Shown here: one piece after another, positions 19,718-29,104 of the stretch
How positions within the stretch are numbered: the first letter of the stretch is position 1
Layout: each line of letters begins with the position of its first letter
Origin: an uncultured Staphylococcaceae bacterium
GTDB lineage: Bacteria; Bacillota_I; Bacilli_A; ML615J-28; CAG-313
DNA length: 42,607 bases
NCBI GenBank assembly: GCA_964453965.1
Contig: CAYVQA010000003.1
Location: forward strand, 1-42,607
Direction: 5' to 3'
Position numbers and translations under genes: made by a program
Notes under the pieces: model-generated
Database searches by the model: none
Seen by the model: only the letters and a program-made list of their open reading frames with translations
What the model was told of the DNA's origin: nothing

Positions 19718-21088
19718 TTATTTTTCATTGTTTATATATTTATCGACAAACCATTCAACATAATCCCAAGCTTTAGGGTGGTTGTCATTTCCATAATATT
19801 TAATAATTTCATTTTCAAATGTAAGTTTAATTTGCCATCTTTTTTTGTCTTTTGAATTTAAGTTTTCATAATTATTTTGCCAATTATAAAAATGCATATG
19901 TTCTAATTTTTCTATAATTTCTTCTTTGTTTATTTGATGATTATTGATAATTGCAATTTCATCATCAAAAATAATTGTTAAATTTTTTCTTGAAAATTCA
20001 TCACTAAAATCAAAGCATTTAATATTATTCAATTTTTCATTAAAATCATTAGCTATTTTCTTTTTGCTAAGTCTATCTAAATATAAATTGTTACTATAAT
20101 CACATTCTCGCATATAGTATTCAATAAATTCATCACAAGAAATTCCGCCAAAACTATGTGTAAATGAATTATCATTCATATCATATCCTATTTCATATGG
20201 ATATATTTTTTTAATACCTTTATCAATCATTTTTAAAATATATTTTATGTCAAATTGCAAAGATTGCATATTTCGATTGACACTTAAATGTGTTCCTTCA
20301 TATACTTCAAATAAATTTGGATTTGAAAGGCTATAATCAACAATAATATTTTTAACTTGTTTTGAATCATACATATCACAAACCATGTAAATTATATTTC
20401 TTGTGTCAGAATTAAATATAACTTCATCATTTGCGAATTTTACATTAGTTGGAAATTCTATCTTGCCACTTATGCGATTAACAACAATTTTTTCATTAGT
20501 AGTTAACGCTTTTACAGCGTTTTTTTCATAAATTGAAAATCCCAAATTATATAAAAAATATAAATCATCAATTTTAATTTGATCATCCTTATATATTACA
20601 AGATGTTTTTTAGAATCTTCTATATGAGGATTATCAATTATAATATAATAATTATCATTAAAACTAATTAATTTGTAATGTCGTTTTAAAAAATCAAAGA
20701 AAAAAGTATACTTATCAATTACTTTTATTTCGATTGCTTTATACCCTTCATCAGTCGCATATTTTATTAAATAATCAATTAACATTAATCCATATTTGGC
20801 ATAAGATGGAGAATCAATCGCAAAATCTGTAAGGACTAATTTTTTACAATAAATAGGAATAATATCATTAAAAATAGTATTAATGATATTACAAGTAATA
20901 AAATAGCCAAAGATTCCCATTTCATTTTTTATACAAAAGGCAATATCAGAATATTTCGATTTGTAATTTGCATTACGATAACCTAATTTAATTGTTGAAT
21001 TATTTTCTGACCAATTACCGATATCATAAGAATCACAAACGCCTACTTCTTGAATTAAAATTTCTAATTCTTTATCTGTATTTTTCAC
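19718..21088 (-). CDS. hypothetical protein with an N-terminal GNAT-like acetyltransferase region and an unassigned ~300-aa C-terminal region
   Basis: The ORF track gives 19718..21106 (TTG start), but GGAGG at 21100-21104 overlaps that TTG. GTG at 21086-21088, 11 nt downstream of the GGAGG, is the likelier start. AIDSPSYAKYGLMLIDYLIKYATDEGYKAIEIKV resembles GNAT motif A. The rest matches nothing I recognise. Confidence 0.45.
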   Translation of the reverse strand: MKNTDKELEILIQEVGVCDSYDIGNWSENNSTIKLGYRNANYKSKYSDIAFCIKNEMGIFGYFITCNIINTIFNDIIPIYCKKLVLTDFAIDSPSYAKYGLMLIDYLIKYATDEGYKAIEIKVIDKYTFFFDFLKRHYKLISFNDNYYIIIDNPHIEDSKKHLVIYKDDQIKIDDLYFLYNLGFSIYEKNAVKALTTNEKIVVNRISGKIEFPTNVKFANDEVIFNSDTRNIIYMVCDMYDSKQVKNIIVDYSLSNPNLFEVYEGTHLSVNRNMQSLQFDIKYILKMIDKGIKKIYPYEIGYDMNDNSFTHSFGGISCDEFIEYYMRECDYSNNLYLDRLSKKKIANDFNEKLNNIKCFDFSDEFSRKNLTIIFDDEIAIINNHQINKEEIIEKLEHMHFYNWQNNYENLNSKDKKRWQIKLTFENEIIKYYGNDNHPKAWDYVEWFVDKYINNEK

Positions 21089-21277
21089 TAGGTTAATTAC
21101 CTCCAATTTATTTATTATAAATAACTTTTTTAATATATAATAACAAAAAGTTAAACACCATCCTTCTTTATAGGATAGTGTTATGGTATTTCAATACCGG
21201 TTCTCTATAACCATCATCTATGTTAAGGATAAAATACTTATAATATAGATCAAATTTCATAATTTCTATGTATTTTT

Positions 21278-22744
21278 CTATTTTTTAGCATCATTGAGAT
21301 ATAACAACGCAATAGTTTCTACATGGTTACTATTTGGAAACATATCATAAGGTTTTATGCGTACAATTTGATAATTATTTGCGGTTAAATATTTCAAATC
21401 TCTTGCAAGTGTCGCTGGATTACATGAAACATAAACCATTTTAGGAATTTTCATTTTTACGACTGTTTTTAAGAATTCTTCATCGCAGCCTTTTCTTGGT
21501 GGGTCGACAACAATTATAGTTGGATTAATCGTTGTTGCCCATTTTTTAATTTGATTTTCAGCTTTTCCAACCACAAATTCCGCATTTTCAATATTATTTA
21601 ATTTCTTATTTGTAATAGCATTTTTAATTGCTTCTTCAATTATTTCGACCCCATATACTTTTTTTACATATGGCGCCGCAATTAATCCGATTGTACCAAT
21701 TCCACAATATGCATCAATTAAAATATCATCTTTTGAAAGATTTGCCATTTCAATTACGCCTTGATATAATTTTTCAGTTTGAACTGGATTTACTTGATAA
21801 AAAGACATCGGACCAATTTGAAATTTTGTATTAAGAATTTCATCGATGATTACAGGTTTTCCATCTAAAACATGATTTTCTTTTCCCAAAATGACGTTTC
21901 CTATGGTTGGATTAATATTTTGAATAATTGAAGTAATCATTGGATAACGCATTTTTATTTTCTTTAATAATAAATCAAGTTCTGGAATTTTTCTTTCTTT
22001 TGTTACAATTACTAACATAAAGTTTTGGTGATCTTTTGTTTCTCTTACTAAAATATGACGAATAATTCCTTCATGTTTTTCCTCATTATATCCCTTTATT
22101 TTTAGTTCATTGGCAATGTTTCTGACAAATTTTACAATATCATTTGCCAAATTTGATTGAATATAACAATCTTGAAGTGAGACAATTTCATGAGTGAATT
22201 TTTTATAAAAGCCACAAATTGTTTTACCATTATGATATCGAAATGGAACTTGAACTTTATTACGATAATGATATGGATCATCCATTCTTTCAACATCTTC
22301 AACAACAATATCCGAAAAGCCGCCTAAATGTTCTAACGTCTCTTTGACTTGTTGATGCTTGAAATCTAATTGATATTCATAATTCATATGCATTAAATCG
22401 CAACCACCACATGATTCAAAATTAGGGCAAATTGGTTCAACTCTTATATCATAATTATGATATCTTATGTCAATAAGCCTTGCTTTACCATAATTCTTTT
22501 TAAGTTCTGTTATTTCAACCAATGCTTTTTCTTTTGGTAAAGTATTGGAAACAAATATTGGATAATTTTCAATTGGTGTTCCATCTTTTAATGTTCCTTT
22601 GACTTTTGCGATGCCAACTGCTTCATGAGATAATGTTTCAATCTCTAAACGAATTTTCATTTTTTCGGTAAAAACTAAATTTTCATAGTCTTGATAGTAT
22701 ACTTTTTCGACTTTTTCATTTTTTTTATAATTTCTTTTTTCCAT
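21278..22744 (-). CDS. RumA/RlmD-family 23S rRNA (uracil-C5)-methyltransferase, paralog 1
   Basis: TRAM-like N-terminus, Fe-S cysteine cluster CPNFESCGGCDLMH, SAM-binding DAYCGIGTIGL, and catalytic region VDPPRKG...YVSCNPATLARD. Confidence 0.85.
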   Translation of the reverse strand: MEKRNYKKNEKVEKVYYQDYENLVFTEKMKIRLEIETLSHEAVGIAKVKGTLKDGTPIENYPIFVSNTLPKEKALVEITELKKNYGKARLIDIRYHNYDIRVEPICPNFESCGGCDLMHMNYEYQLDFKHQQVKETLEHLGGFSDIVVEDVERMDDPYHYRNKVQVPFRYHNGKTICGFYKKFTHEIVSLQDCYIQSNLANDIVKFVRNIANELKIKGYNEEKHEGIIRHILVRETKDHQNFMLVIVTKERKIPELDLLLKKIKMRYPMITSIIQNINPTIGNVILGKENHVLDGKPVIIDEILNTKFQIGPMSFYQVNPVQTEKLYQGVIEMANLSKDDILIDAYCGIGTIGLIAAPYVKKVYGVEIIEEAIKNAITNKKLNNIENAEFVVGKAENQIKKWATTINPTIIVVDPPRKGCDEEFLKTVVKMKIPKMVYVSCNPATLARDLKYLTANNYQIVRIKPYDMFPNSNHVETIALLYLNDAKK

Positions 22745-22746
22745 AT

Positions 22747-23280
22747 TTACTTCTCTTCATCAAGACTTGTTGCGTTATTTTCTGATACAATTTGTGATAC
22801 TCTTGTTGTGGCCGCAGCCGCAATCGCACCAACAATATCATCTAGAAAAGTATGGCAACAATTTTCTTTTTTTCCATCTTCATTTAGCTTTGCAACGATA
22901 CCTGGTTTATTGACATCTATATCGCCAAAATTAGTTTGACCAATTGCACCATAGAGTCTTGCAATATCTAATCCAAAAATTTCATCAATTCCAAAAACAC
23001 CTAAATCATAGTTTATTATATCTTGAATTGGTCCTTTTAGCATTTTTTCTTCAGCTAATCGGTCAATTTCAGCCCCTAATTGCACTAAATGAAAGACATC
23101 TCTTAAAGAAAGTATTTTTCTAACACTAATTAAACATTCATCCATACTAGGATTGGGATTATATTTTAATTGTTGATTGTAAGCAACTTTAGCGATATCT
23201 TCTAATTCTACTCCCCGTTCTTTTAATTTTTGGATGTTTAAATTTTCCATTTCTTCGCGTGAATAATATAGTTTTGGCAT
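22747..23280 (-). CDS. PgpA-family phosphatidylglycerophosphatase A-like protein (YutG-like)
   Basis: 177 aa. CHTFLDDIVGAIAAAA and RGVELEDIAKVAY match my recollection of B. subtilis YutG. Confidence 0.7.
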   Translation of the reverse strand: MPKLYYSREEMENLNIQKLKERGVELEDIAKVAYNQQLKYNPNPSMDECLISVRKILSLRDVFHLVQLGAEIDRLAEEKMLKGPIQDIINYDLGVFGIDEIFGLDIARLYGAIGQTNFGDIDVNKPGIVAKLNEDGKKENCCHTFLDDIVGAIAAAATTRVSQIVSENNATSLDEEK

Positions 23281-23291
23281 ATTGTCTCCTA

Positions 23292-24227
23292 TTATAAGTG
23301 TTTTTTTAAACCGCCATTGATATAATCTTTGGCATTCATTATTTTTTTACCAGCTGGTTGTAATTTTAAAATATCAATAGCTGTATTTTGTCCACATGCG
23401 ATTGTAAAATAATCTTTTGAGACATTAATAATTGTTCCCGGTTGTTGATGATGAGTTATTGTTGATACGCGTGATGCATATATTTTTATTAATTCATCGT
23501 CTAGCGTTAAATAAGCAACTGGGTTTGGAATGAAGGCTCTAATTTGATTATATACATCTTTAGCTGTTTTATTTAAATCTAAGGCTTCTTCTTCTTTTTT
23601 TATATTATAAGCAAATGTTGCATCTTCATCATTTTGTTTTATTGGTTTAATTTGGTTATTAATTAATTTAGGTAATGTTTCTAATAATAAATCTCTACCT
23701 AAAAGGCTTAATTTTGCAAACATCGTTTCACTTGTATCATCATCTTCAATCGGAATTGATCTAATAGCTAAAATATCACCAGTATCCATTCCTTTTTCCA
23801 TGTATTGAATGGTTATTCCTGTCTCTGTTTCACCATTTTTAATTGCTGTTTGAATTGGTGAGCCACCACGATATTTTGGTAAAAGTGATCCATGAATATT
23901 GATTGAACGATATTTAGGACTATCAAGGAGTTCCATTCCAACAAGTTGACCATACGCAGCTGTGACAATTAAATCTGGATGGAGATTTTTAATATCTTCA
24001 TAATCTATTCTAATCTTTATCGGTTGAAAAACGGGAATATTGTGTTTAATTGCGCATTCTTTTACAGGACTCATTGTAAGAATTTGTTTACGGCCGACAA
24101 GCTTATCTGGTTGTGTTACAACACCAATTACGTTATATTCATTAATTAAAGTTTCTAATATTGGCACCGCAAATTCAGGCGTTCCCATAAAAACAATTTT
24201 AAAATCTTTATTACTCATTATTATCAT
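23292..24227 (-). CDS. fmt: methionyl-tRNA formyltransferase
   Basis: KIVFMGTPEFAVPILETL, SINIHGSLLPKYRGGSPIQ; 311 aa; located directly downstream of priA. Confidence 0.95.
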   Translation of the reverse strand: MIIMSNKDFKIVFMGTPEFAVPILETLINEYNVIGVVTQPDKLVGRKQILTMSPVKECAIKHNIPVFQPIKIRIDYEDIKNLHPDLIVTAAYGQLVGMELLDSPKYRSINIHGSLLPKYRGGSPIQTAIKNGETETGITIQYMEKGMDTGDILAIRSIPIEDDDTSETMFAKLSLLGRDLLLETLPKLINNQIKPIKQNDEDATFAYNIKKEEEALDLNKTAKDVYNQIRAFIPNPVAYLTLDDELIKIYASRVSTITHHQQPGTIINVSKDYFTIACGQNTAIDILKLQPAGKKIMNAKDYINGGLKKHL

Positions 24228-24230
24228 CTC

Positions 24231-26573
24231 CTAAATAATTGATCGAGGATTCATATCAATTATGATTGTATAATTGTCTTTTGTTTGTTGTGATTCATTA
24301 TACAATTTTTGATATGAATCATATATTTGTTGATTTTTTGTTTTAATTATTAATTGAGTACCTTTTTCTGTATAATTGTATGTAGGTCCAATTACAATTG
24401 TATTTTCATATTTTGCTATTCTATTTCTAATTTCATTAGCTTTTTTATAAATTATATTATAATCACCTTTAACTAAAATTCGGTTAATTTCATAAAAAGG
24501 ATTTGCATTTAATAAATGGCGATAACTAATTTCTTCTTTGTAATAATTATAATAATCGCCAATAATAAAATTTTTAATAACGGAATTTTTTGGGTCATAA
24601 GTTTGAATAATCATTTTTGTCATTTCATTTGGTCGATCAATAATTTTCTTTAAATTTGTCAACATTGAGTAAGCCAAATGGTGTGACTTATAACCTGGCG
24701 CTTTCATAACTAAATCAAGTGACATTACTCCAATTAGAGTAATCTTGGTAGTTGAAAGTCCTCTTGCATAAGTATTAGTTGATATAATTAAATCTACATC
24801 ATTTTTATCGACTTCTTCAATTGTTTTTTTAAATGCTATATATTTTGGTTCATCAATTACTCTAATTCTAATATTTTCATACATTTCTTCTAAATGTTTT
24901 TTTAGTTTTTCAATTCCAAGCCCCATATACTTAATTTTATTACTTCCACAGTTTGAACAAGTATGACTGAATTTGACTGTATTACCACAAGCAGGACATA
25001 CTAGTTTATCATCTTTAGCACGATATTTATATGATATATGACATTTATTGCATTTTTCAACATTACCACATTCTCGACAAATGACAAAATCGCTTGTTCC
25101 TTTATTGTTTAAAATTAATAAAATCGGTTCTTTTTTATTTAAATTGTTTTTAATTGCTTTTTGCAAATCAAGACTTATAGGACTATAATTTCCAAGTTTG
25201 AATTCATTATTTAAATCGCTTACGATAATATTAACATCATCTTTTTCACTAAAATTTCGATAATCTAATAAACTATATTCATTTTGGATTGCTTTTGTAA
25301 ATGTATCCATTGATGGAGAAGGACTTATAAAAACCATTCTAGCATCAAAATTTTTTGCACGAAAACTCATTACTTTTCTCAAATCATACCTAGGACTTTG
25401 ATCACTTAAATAGTTTTCGCTTTCTTCATCTATCATAATTATCGCACCAACATTTTGATAAGGCCAAAGAGCACCAACAGATGTTGTAACAACAATATCA
25501 TATGCATCTTCACAAATTTGATAATATAAATCAAGATTTTCGCCAGATGAAATATTTGAATTTAAGCAAATTGTTCTGAAATTCAAATATTTTTTTAATA
25601 AATCGGCAATCTTATAACTACTTAAAATATCTGGCGCCATAACAATTGTTTTTTTATGATTTTTTGTATTATCAATTATTATTCCTCCAATACCTTGGAT
25701 TATTTGACGATCATTTTTTGGAACAAATAAAAATGGTTTATTTGAATTTTCTACTTTATTAAATTCTTGATAAAAACGCGCTGATAATTTTTCAATATTA
25801 TTTTTATAATAATAATCATCTATCATATAGTTTTTATCTTTGATACGTGATTTTAATACTTTTTCGACAATTAAAACATTATTTCTTGCTAGACGATTAA
25901 TTTGTGAATCGGAAAAGCCTAGTTCATTTAATTCTTTTTTTTCATATTGATAATTTTTTAATAATTTATTAATTTGATCTAATAATTCAAAATTTTTAGG
26001 ATTATTTAAATAATCATTTGTACTTGATTCATTTAAAGAATAAACTTTTTGAAAAATTTGATGATCACGATCATCCGCATCATATGTAATAAAAGCATTT
26101 CCGAGTTTTATTTCTTTTTTTATTTGTGATGCATACATCAAAATATTTTTATCAATTAAAACTTTGTTTTTTCCTTCCAAGGCGTTCGCAAGCCCACCAT
26201 CAACTTTCATTAAATCATTAATAACAAGATATTTAAATGTTTTCATTCTTAATCCTGTTGGAATCATCAAATTTAAGATTCTAACTAGTGGCGAAAAGCA
26301 TGTTTCTTTAATATATTTTGCGGTTGCAAGTTGTTCACTATTTATTATTGGTTTTAAATCTGGTATTTCAATTATTTCTTTAATTTCTTTATCATAAAGA
26401 GGTTCACTATGAACATCAATAATAAACCCATGAATCACCCGGTTTGCGTCACCAAACGGAATTTTAATTCTTTCACCTACTTCAATGAAGGGTACTAATT
26501 CATCTGGTACTTTATATTCAAATAATTTATCAACTTTACTAGCGGGGACATTAACAATTACACTAACGAACAT
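24231..26573 (-). CDS. priA: primosomal protein N' (PriA) with degenerate helicase motifs
   Basis: N-terminal 3'-DNA-binding-domain-like MFVSVIVNVPASKVDKLFEYKVP. Cys-rich zinc region CRECGNVEKCNKCHISYKY...LVCPACGN...CSNCGS. Collinear with canonical PriA, but GxGKT, DEEH, GSATPS, QMLAKGH and QVAGRAGR are all altered (see findings). Confidence 0.85.
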   Translation of the reverse strand: MFVSVIVNVPASKVDKLFEYKVPDELVPFIEVGERIKIPFGDANRVIHGFIIDVHSEPLYDKEIKEIIEIPDLKPIINSEQLATAKYIKETCFSPLVRILNLMIPTGLRMKTFKYLVINDLMKVDGGLANALEGKNKVLIDKNILMYASQIKKEIKLGNAFITYDADDRDHQIFQKVYSLNESSTNDYLNNPKNFELLDQINKLLKNYQYEKKELNELGFSDSQINRLARNNVLIVEKVLKSRIKDKNYMIDDYYYKNNIEKLSARFYQEFNKVENSNKPFLFVPKNDRQIIQGIGGIIIDNTKNHKKTIVMAPDILSSYKIADLLKKYLNFRTICLNSNISSGENLDLYYQICEDAYDIVVTTSVGALWPYQNVGAIIMIDEESENYLSDQSPRYDLRKVMSFRAKNFDARMVFISPSPSMDTFTKAIQNEYSLLDYRNFSEKDDVNIIVSDLNNEFKLGNYSPISLDLQKAIKNNLNKKEPILLILNNKGTSDFVICRECGNVEKCNKCHISYKYRAKDDKLVCPACGNTVKFSHTCSNCGSNKIKYMGLGIEKLKKHLEEMYENIRIRVIDEPKYIAFKKTIEEVDKNDVDLIISTNTYARGLSTTKITLIGVMSLDLVMKAPGYKSHHLAYSMLTNLKKIIDRPNEMTKMIIQTYDPKNSVIKNFIIGDYYNYYKEEISYRHLLNANPFYEINRILVKGDYNIIYKKANEIRNRIAKYENTIVIGPTYNYTEKGTQLIIKTKNQQIYDSYQKLYNESQQTKDNYTIIIDMNPRSII

Positions 26574-26590
26574 TTTACCCTCCTTTTTTT

Positions 26591-26619
26591 AAAAAAAGAT
26601 GAAAGATTCTTCTTTCACC
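26591..26619 (-). terminator. candidate terminator or attenuator hairpin between mtnN and priA
   Basis: TGAAAG (26600-26605) pairs with CTTTCA (26612-26617), extended by one flanking G-C pair across a mismatch. The A7 run at 26591-26597 gives a U-tract on the minus strand. The priA RBS follows immediately. Confidence 0.4.
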
Positions 26620-26628
26620 TTTTCAAAA

Positions 26629-27339
26629 TCAAATTTTTTCAAGTAGTTTTTTTGTAACTACGCTTGAATTATGACAGGCTCTTTCTAAGAAGTTATCATA
26701 TGTTTGTTCTTGATTGACACCTACAACATCAGAAATAGAGCGAATAATAATAAATGGTACTTTAAATTTATAACATGTATGCGCAATGGATGTTGACTCC
26801 ATATCTACTGCTAAAATATCTAAATCATTAAAATATTTATTTTTTAATAAATCTAAATAAACTCGATCTGTTTGAAAGCAATCAGCTGTAATAATTGAAC
26901 CAATTTTAATATTTAAAAGAAGATTAGCATCTTTAATAATATTAATTAGGTTTTCGTCACTTGAAAAAGTAAAAGGTTCTCCTTGCATTTGTCCAAAGCG
27001 AAGTGAAGGCATTCCAAAAGTAACATCAACATCATAATATAGCATGTTATCACCAATTACAACATCTAAAGTTTTTAAACTTTTATCATATCCACCCGCA
27101 ACACCTGAATTAATTAAATACGCTGGTTTAAACTCTTTAATCATTAACGTTGTAATAATGGCCGAATTTACTTTTCCAATTCCTGATTCACATACAACAA
27201 TTTTTTTATTTTGATATTTGCCAACATAGAATAAATTAGAATCAATTTCTAATAAAGTAACTTCTCCTAAAATATTAATAATTGCTTGAACTTCCTTATT
27301 CATTGCGCATATGATGGCAATACATTTATTATCCTTCAT
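26629..27339 (-). CDS. mtnN: 5'-methylthioadenosine/S-adenosylhomocysteine nucleosidase
   Basis: IAIICAMNKEVQ, SGIGKVNSAI, INSGVAGG, VDMESTSIAH and IIRSISD are collinear with B. subtilis MtnN. Confidence 0.9.
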   Translation of the reverse strand: MKDNKCIAIICAMNKEVQAIINILGEVTLLEIDSNLFYVGKYQNKKIVVCESGIGKVNSAIITTLMIKEFKPAYLINSGVAGGYDKSLKTLDVVIGDNMLYYDVDVTFGMPSLRFGQMQGEPFTFSSDENLINIIKDANLLLNIKIGSIITADCFQTDRVYLDLLKNKYFNDLDILAVDMESTSIAHTCYKFKVPFIIIRSISDVVGVNQEQTYDNFLERACHNSSVVTKKLLEKI

Positions 27340-27341
27340 AA

Positions 27342-27824
27342 TTAACGAATATCTAAAATTTCAACCCAAAATTCATTGTGACTTTCGGTTTTTACATAAA
27401 CTTTATCGCCAACTTTACGATCTAATACTGCTTTACCAAGTGGTGATTCATTAGAAATACGTCCATTGATTGGATCTGCTTGTAAACTACCTACAATTTC
27501 AAAATCTTCAATTTCTTTTTCGCCTTCTTCAATTTCATTTAAGAATTTAATTGTTACAATTTTTCCTAAATTATTTGAAGTAGAATCTTTAGAAATGATA
27601 ATAGAATTTTTAATATATACTTCTAATTCTTTAATTCGACCTGCAATTTTTGCTTGATTATCACGTGCTGTATCATAATCCGCATTTTCTGATAAGTCAC
27701 CTTGTGAACGGGCACTTACTAATGCTTCAATATTTTTCTTTTGTTCGACATTTTTTAAATAATCTAATTCAGCTACTAATTTATCATACCCTTCTTGAGT
27801 TAAATAGTTCTTTTGATTATTCAT
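27342..27824 (-). CDS. greA: transcription elongation factor GreA
   Basis: LTQEGYDKLVAELDYLK..., GDLSENADYD, C-terminal ISNESPLGKAVLDRKVGD; 160 aa. Confidence 0.95.
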   Translation of the reverse strand: MNNQKNYLTQEGYDKLVAELDYLKNVEQKKNIEALVSARSQGDLSENADYDTARDNQAKIAGRIKELEVYIKNSIIISKDSTSNNLGKIVTIKFLNEIEEGEKEIEDFEIVGSLQADPINGRISNESPLGKAVLDRKVGDKVYVKTESHNEFWVEILDIR

Positions 27825-27855
27825 TTTCGTCCTCCTATTTGTTTTTTATTATCTT

Positions 27856-27884
27856 ATTATATCACGATTTAGGTATTTTTTAAA
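27856..27884 (-). promoter_or_regulatory. candidate greA promoter
   Basis: On the minus strand: TTTAAA (27879-27884), 17 nt, then extended -10 TGaTATAAT (hexamer 27856-27861). Confidence 0.4.
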
Positions 27885-27898
27885 GTAAAACGTCTTTT

Positions 27899-29104
27899 TT
27901 ATTTTTGAATTTTTCTTAGCATATCATTTTTGTTTACTTTAAAATCAACTTGCATCAATAATAATTGTAGTGGATGTCTTGCGACTTGTAAATTTTCTTT
28001 AGTTATTGCGTCTTTTAGTTCTTTAACAATCATTGATGTATTTTTTAAGTTAGGACCAAAAAATTCAAGTTCATCACCAATTTCAAAATAATTTCTTTGT
28101 TCAATTAAAGCTGTTTTAGTTAATTCATCATAATCAATTACAACACCAACATATTCTTTCGTTGGATGTTCACTTCTATCATCGTATAATTGTTCAGTAA
28201 TTGAAGGAAGTCCTTTATAAAAACCAATACTTGTTAATCGATTTTCAGCCTTTTTAATTTCTTTTTCAAAGTATTCTAAATCCTCATTTGTAAGACACTT
28301 ATTTTCCAAATAACGATCAATTAATTCTCTATAGCACTTAACAACGCAGGCTAAATAATACGTTGATTTCATTCTACCTTCAATTTTAAATGATTTAATT
28401 TTTGCATCAATCAACATCGGAATGTATTTTAAAACCATTAAGTCTTTTGAGCCCATACTAAAATAGCCCCTATTTTCTAATTTTTGATGGTTTTTCATTA
28501 ATGTATAATTCCACCTACATGAATGAGCACATCCGCCTCTATTTGCATCACGGTTAGTTAAATAATTACTCAAAACACATCTTCCTGACATACTAGCGCA
28601 CATTCCACCATGAATAAAAACTTCTAAATCAATATCAACTTTTTCATTGATATCAATCATTTCTTCTAAAGTCGTTTCTCTTCCCAACACTACTCTTTTA
28701 ACACCAAAATTTTTAAAATATTCAACTGCTTTACTATTAATAATTGAATTTTGTGTACTCACATGTACTTCAACTGATGGTGCTATTTCCATGGCTTTTT
28801 TCATAATATAACGGCTTGTTGTGATGATTGCGTCAACTTTAAATTGTTCCATTTTCTGTAAATAATCTTCTAAGCCAATTAAATCATCATCATGAGGAAC
28901 AATATTCATTGTAACATATACTTTTTTATTTAATTGATGAGCAAAATTAACTAATTCTTTAATATCTTCTAGTTCAAAATTCGATGCTCTTGCGCGAAGG
29001 CTAAAACTTTTTCCACCAATATACACAGCATCTGCTCCATATAATAACGCAATTTTAGCTTTTTCTAAATTCCCAGCAGGGGCTAATAACTCTGGCTTGT
29101 ACAT
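27899..29104 (-). CDS. yrrO: peptidase U32 family protein, YrrO/TrhP-type (prephenate-dependent tRNA ho5U synthesis)
   Basis: MYKPELLAPAGNLEKAKIALLYGADAVYIGG. U32 signature EVFIHGGMCASMSGRCVLS with further Cys in GGCAHSCRW. Synteny with yrrM and yrrN as in B. subtilis. Confidence 0.8.
   Translation of the reverse strand: MYKPELLAPAGNLEKAKIALLYGADAVYIGGKSFSLRARASNFELEDIKELVNFAHQLNKKVYVTMNIVPHDDDLIGLEDYLQKMEQFKVDAIITTSRYIMKKAMEIAPSVEVHVSTQNSIINSKAVEYFKNFGVKRVVLGRETTLEEMIDINEKVDIDLEVFIHGGMCASMSGRCVLSNYLTNRDANRGGCAHSCRWNYTLMKNHQKLENRGYFSMGSKDLMVLKYIPMLIDAKIKSFKIEGRMKSTYYLACVVKCYRELIDRYLENKCLTNEDLEYFEKEIKKAENRLTSIGFYKGLPSITEQLYDDRSEHPTKEYVGVVIDYDELTKTALIEQRNYFEIGDELEFFGPNLKNTSMIVKELKDAITKENLQVARHPLQLLLMQVDFKVNKNDMLRKIQK

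Noticed and set aside
21168-21260. 30-aa minus-strand ORF (MKFDLYYKYFILNIDDGYREPVLKYHNTIL) in the spacer after the first rRNA methyltransferase gene, together with an imperfect hairpin at about 21155-21185.
   Set aside because: There is no RBS and no recognisable family. The hairpin (AACACCATCC / GGATAGTGTT, one mismatch) is more simply the methyltransferase terminator.
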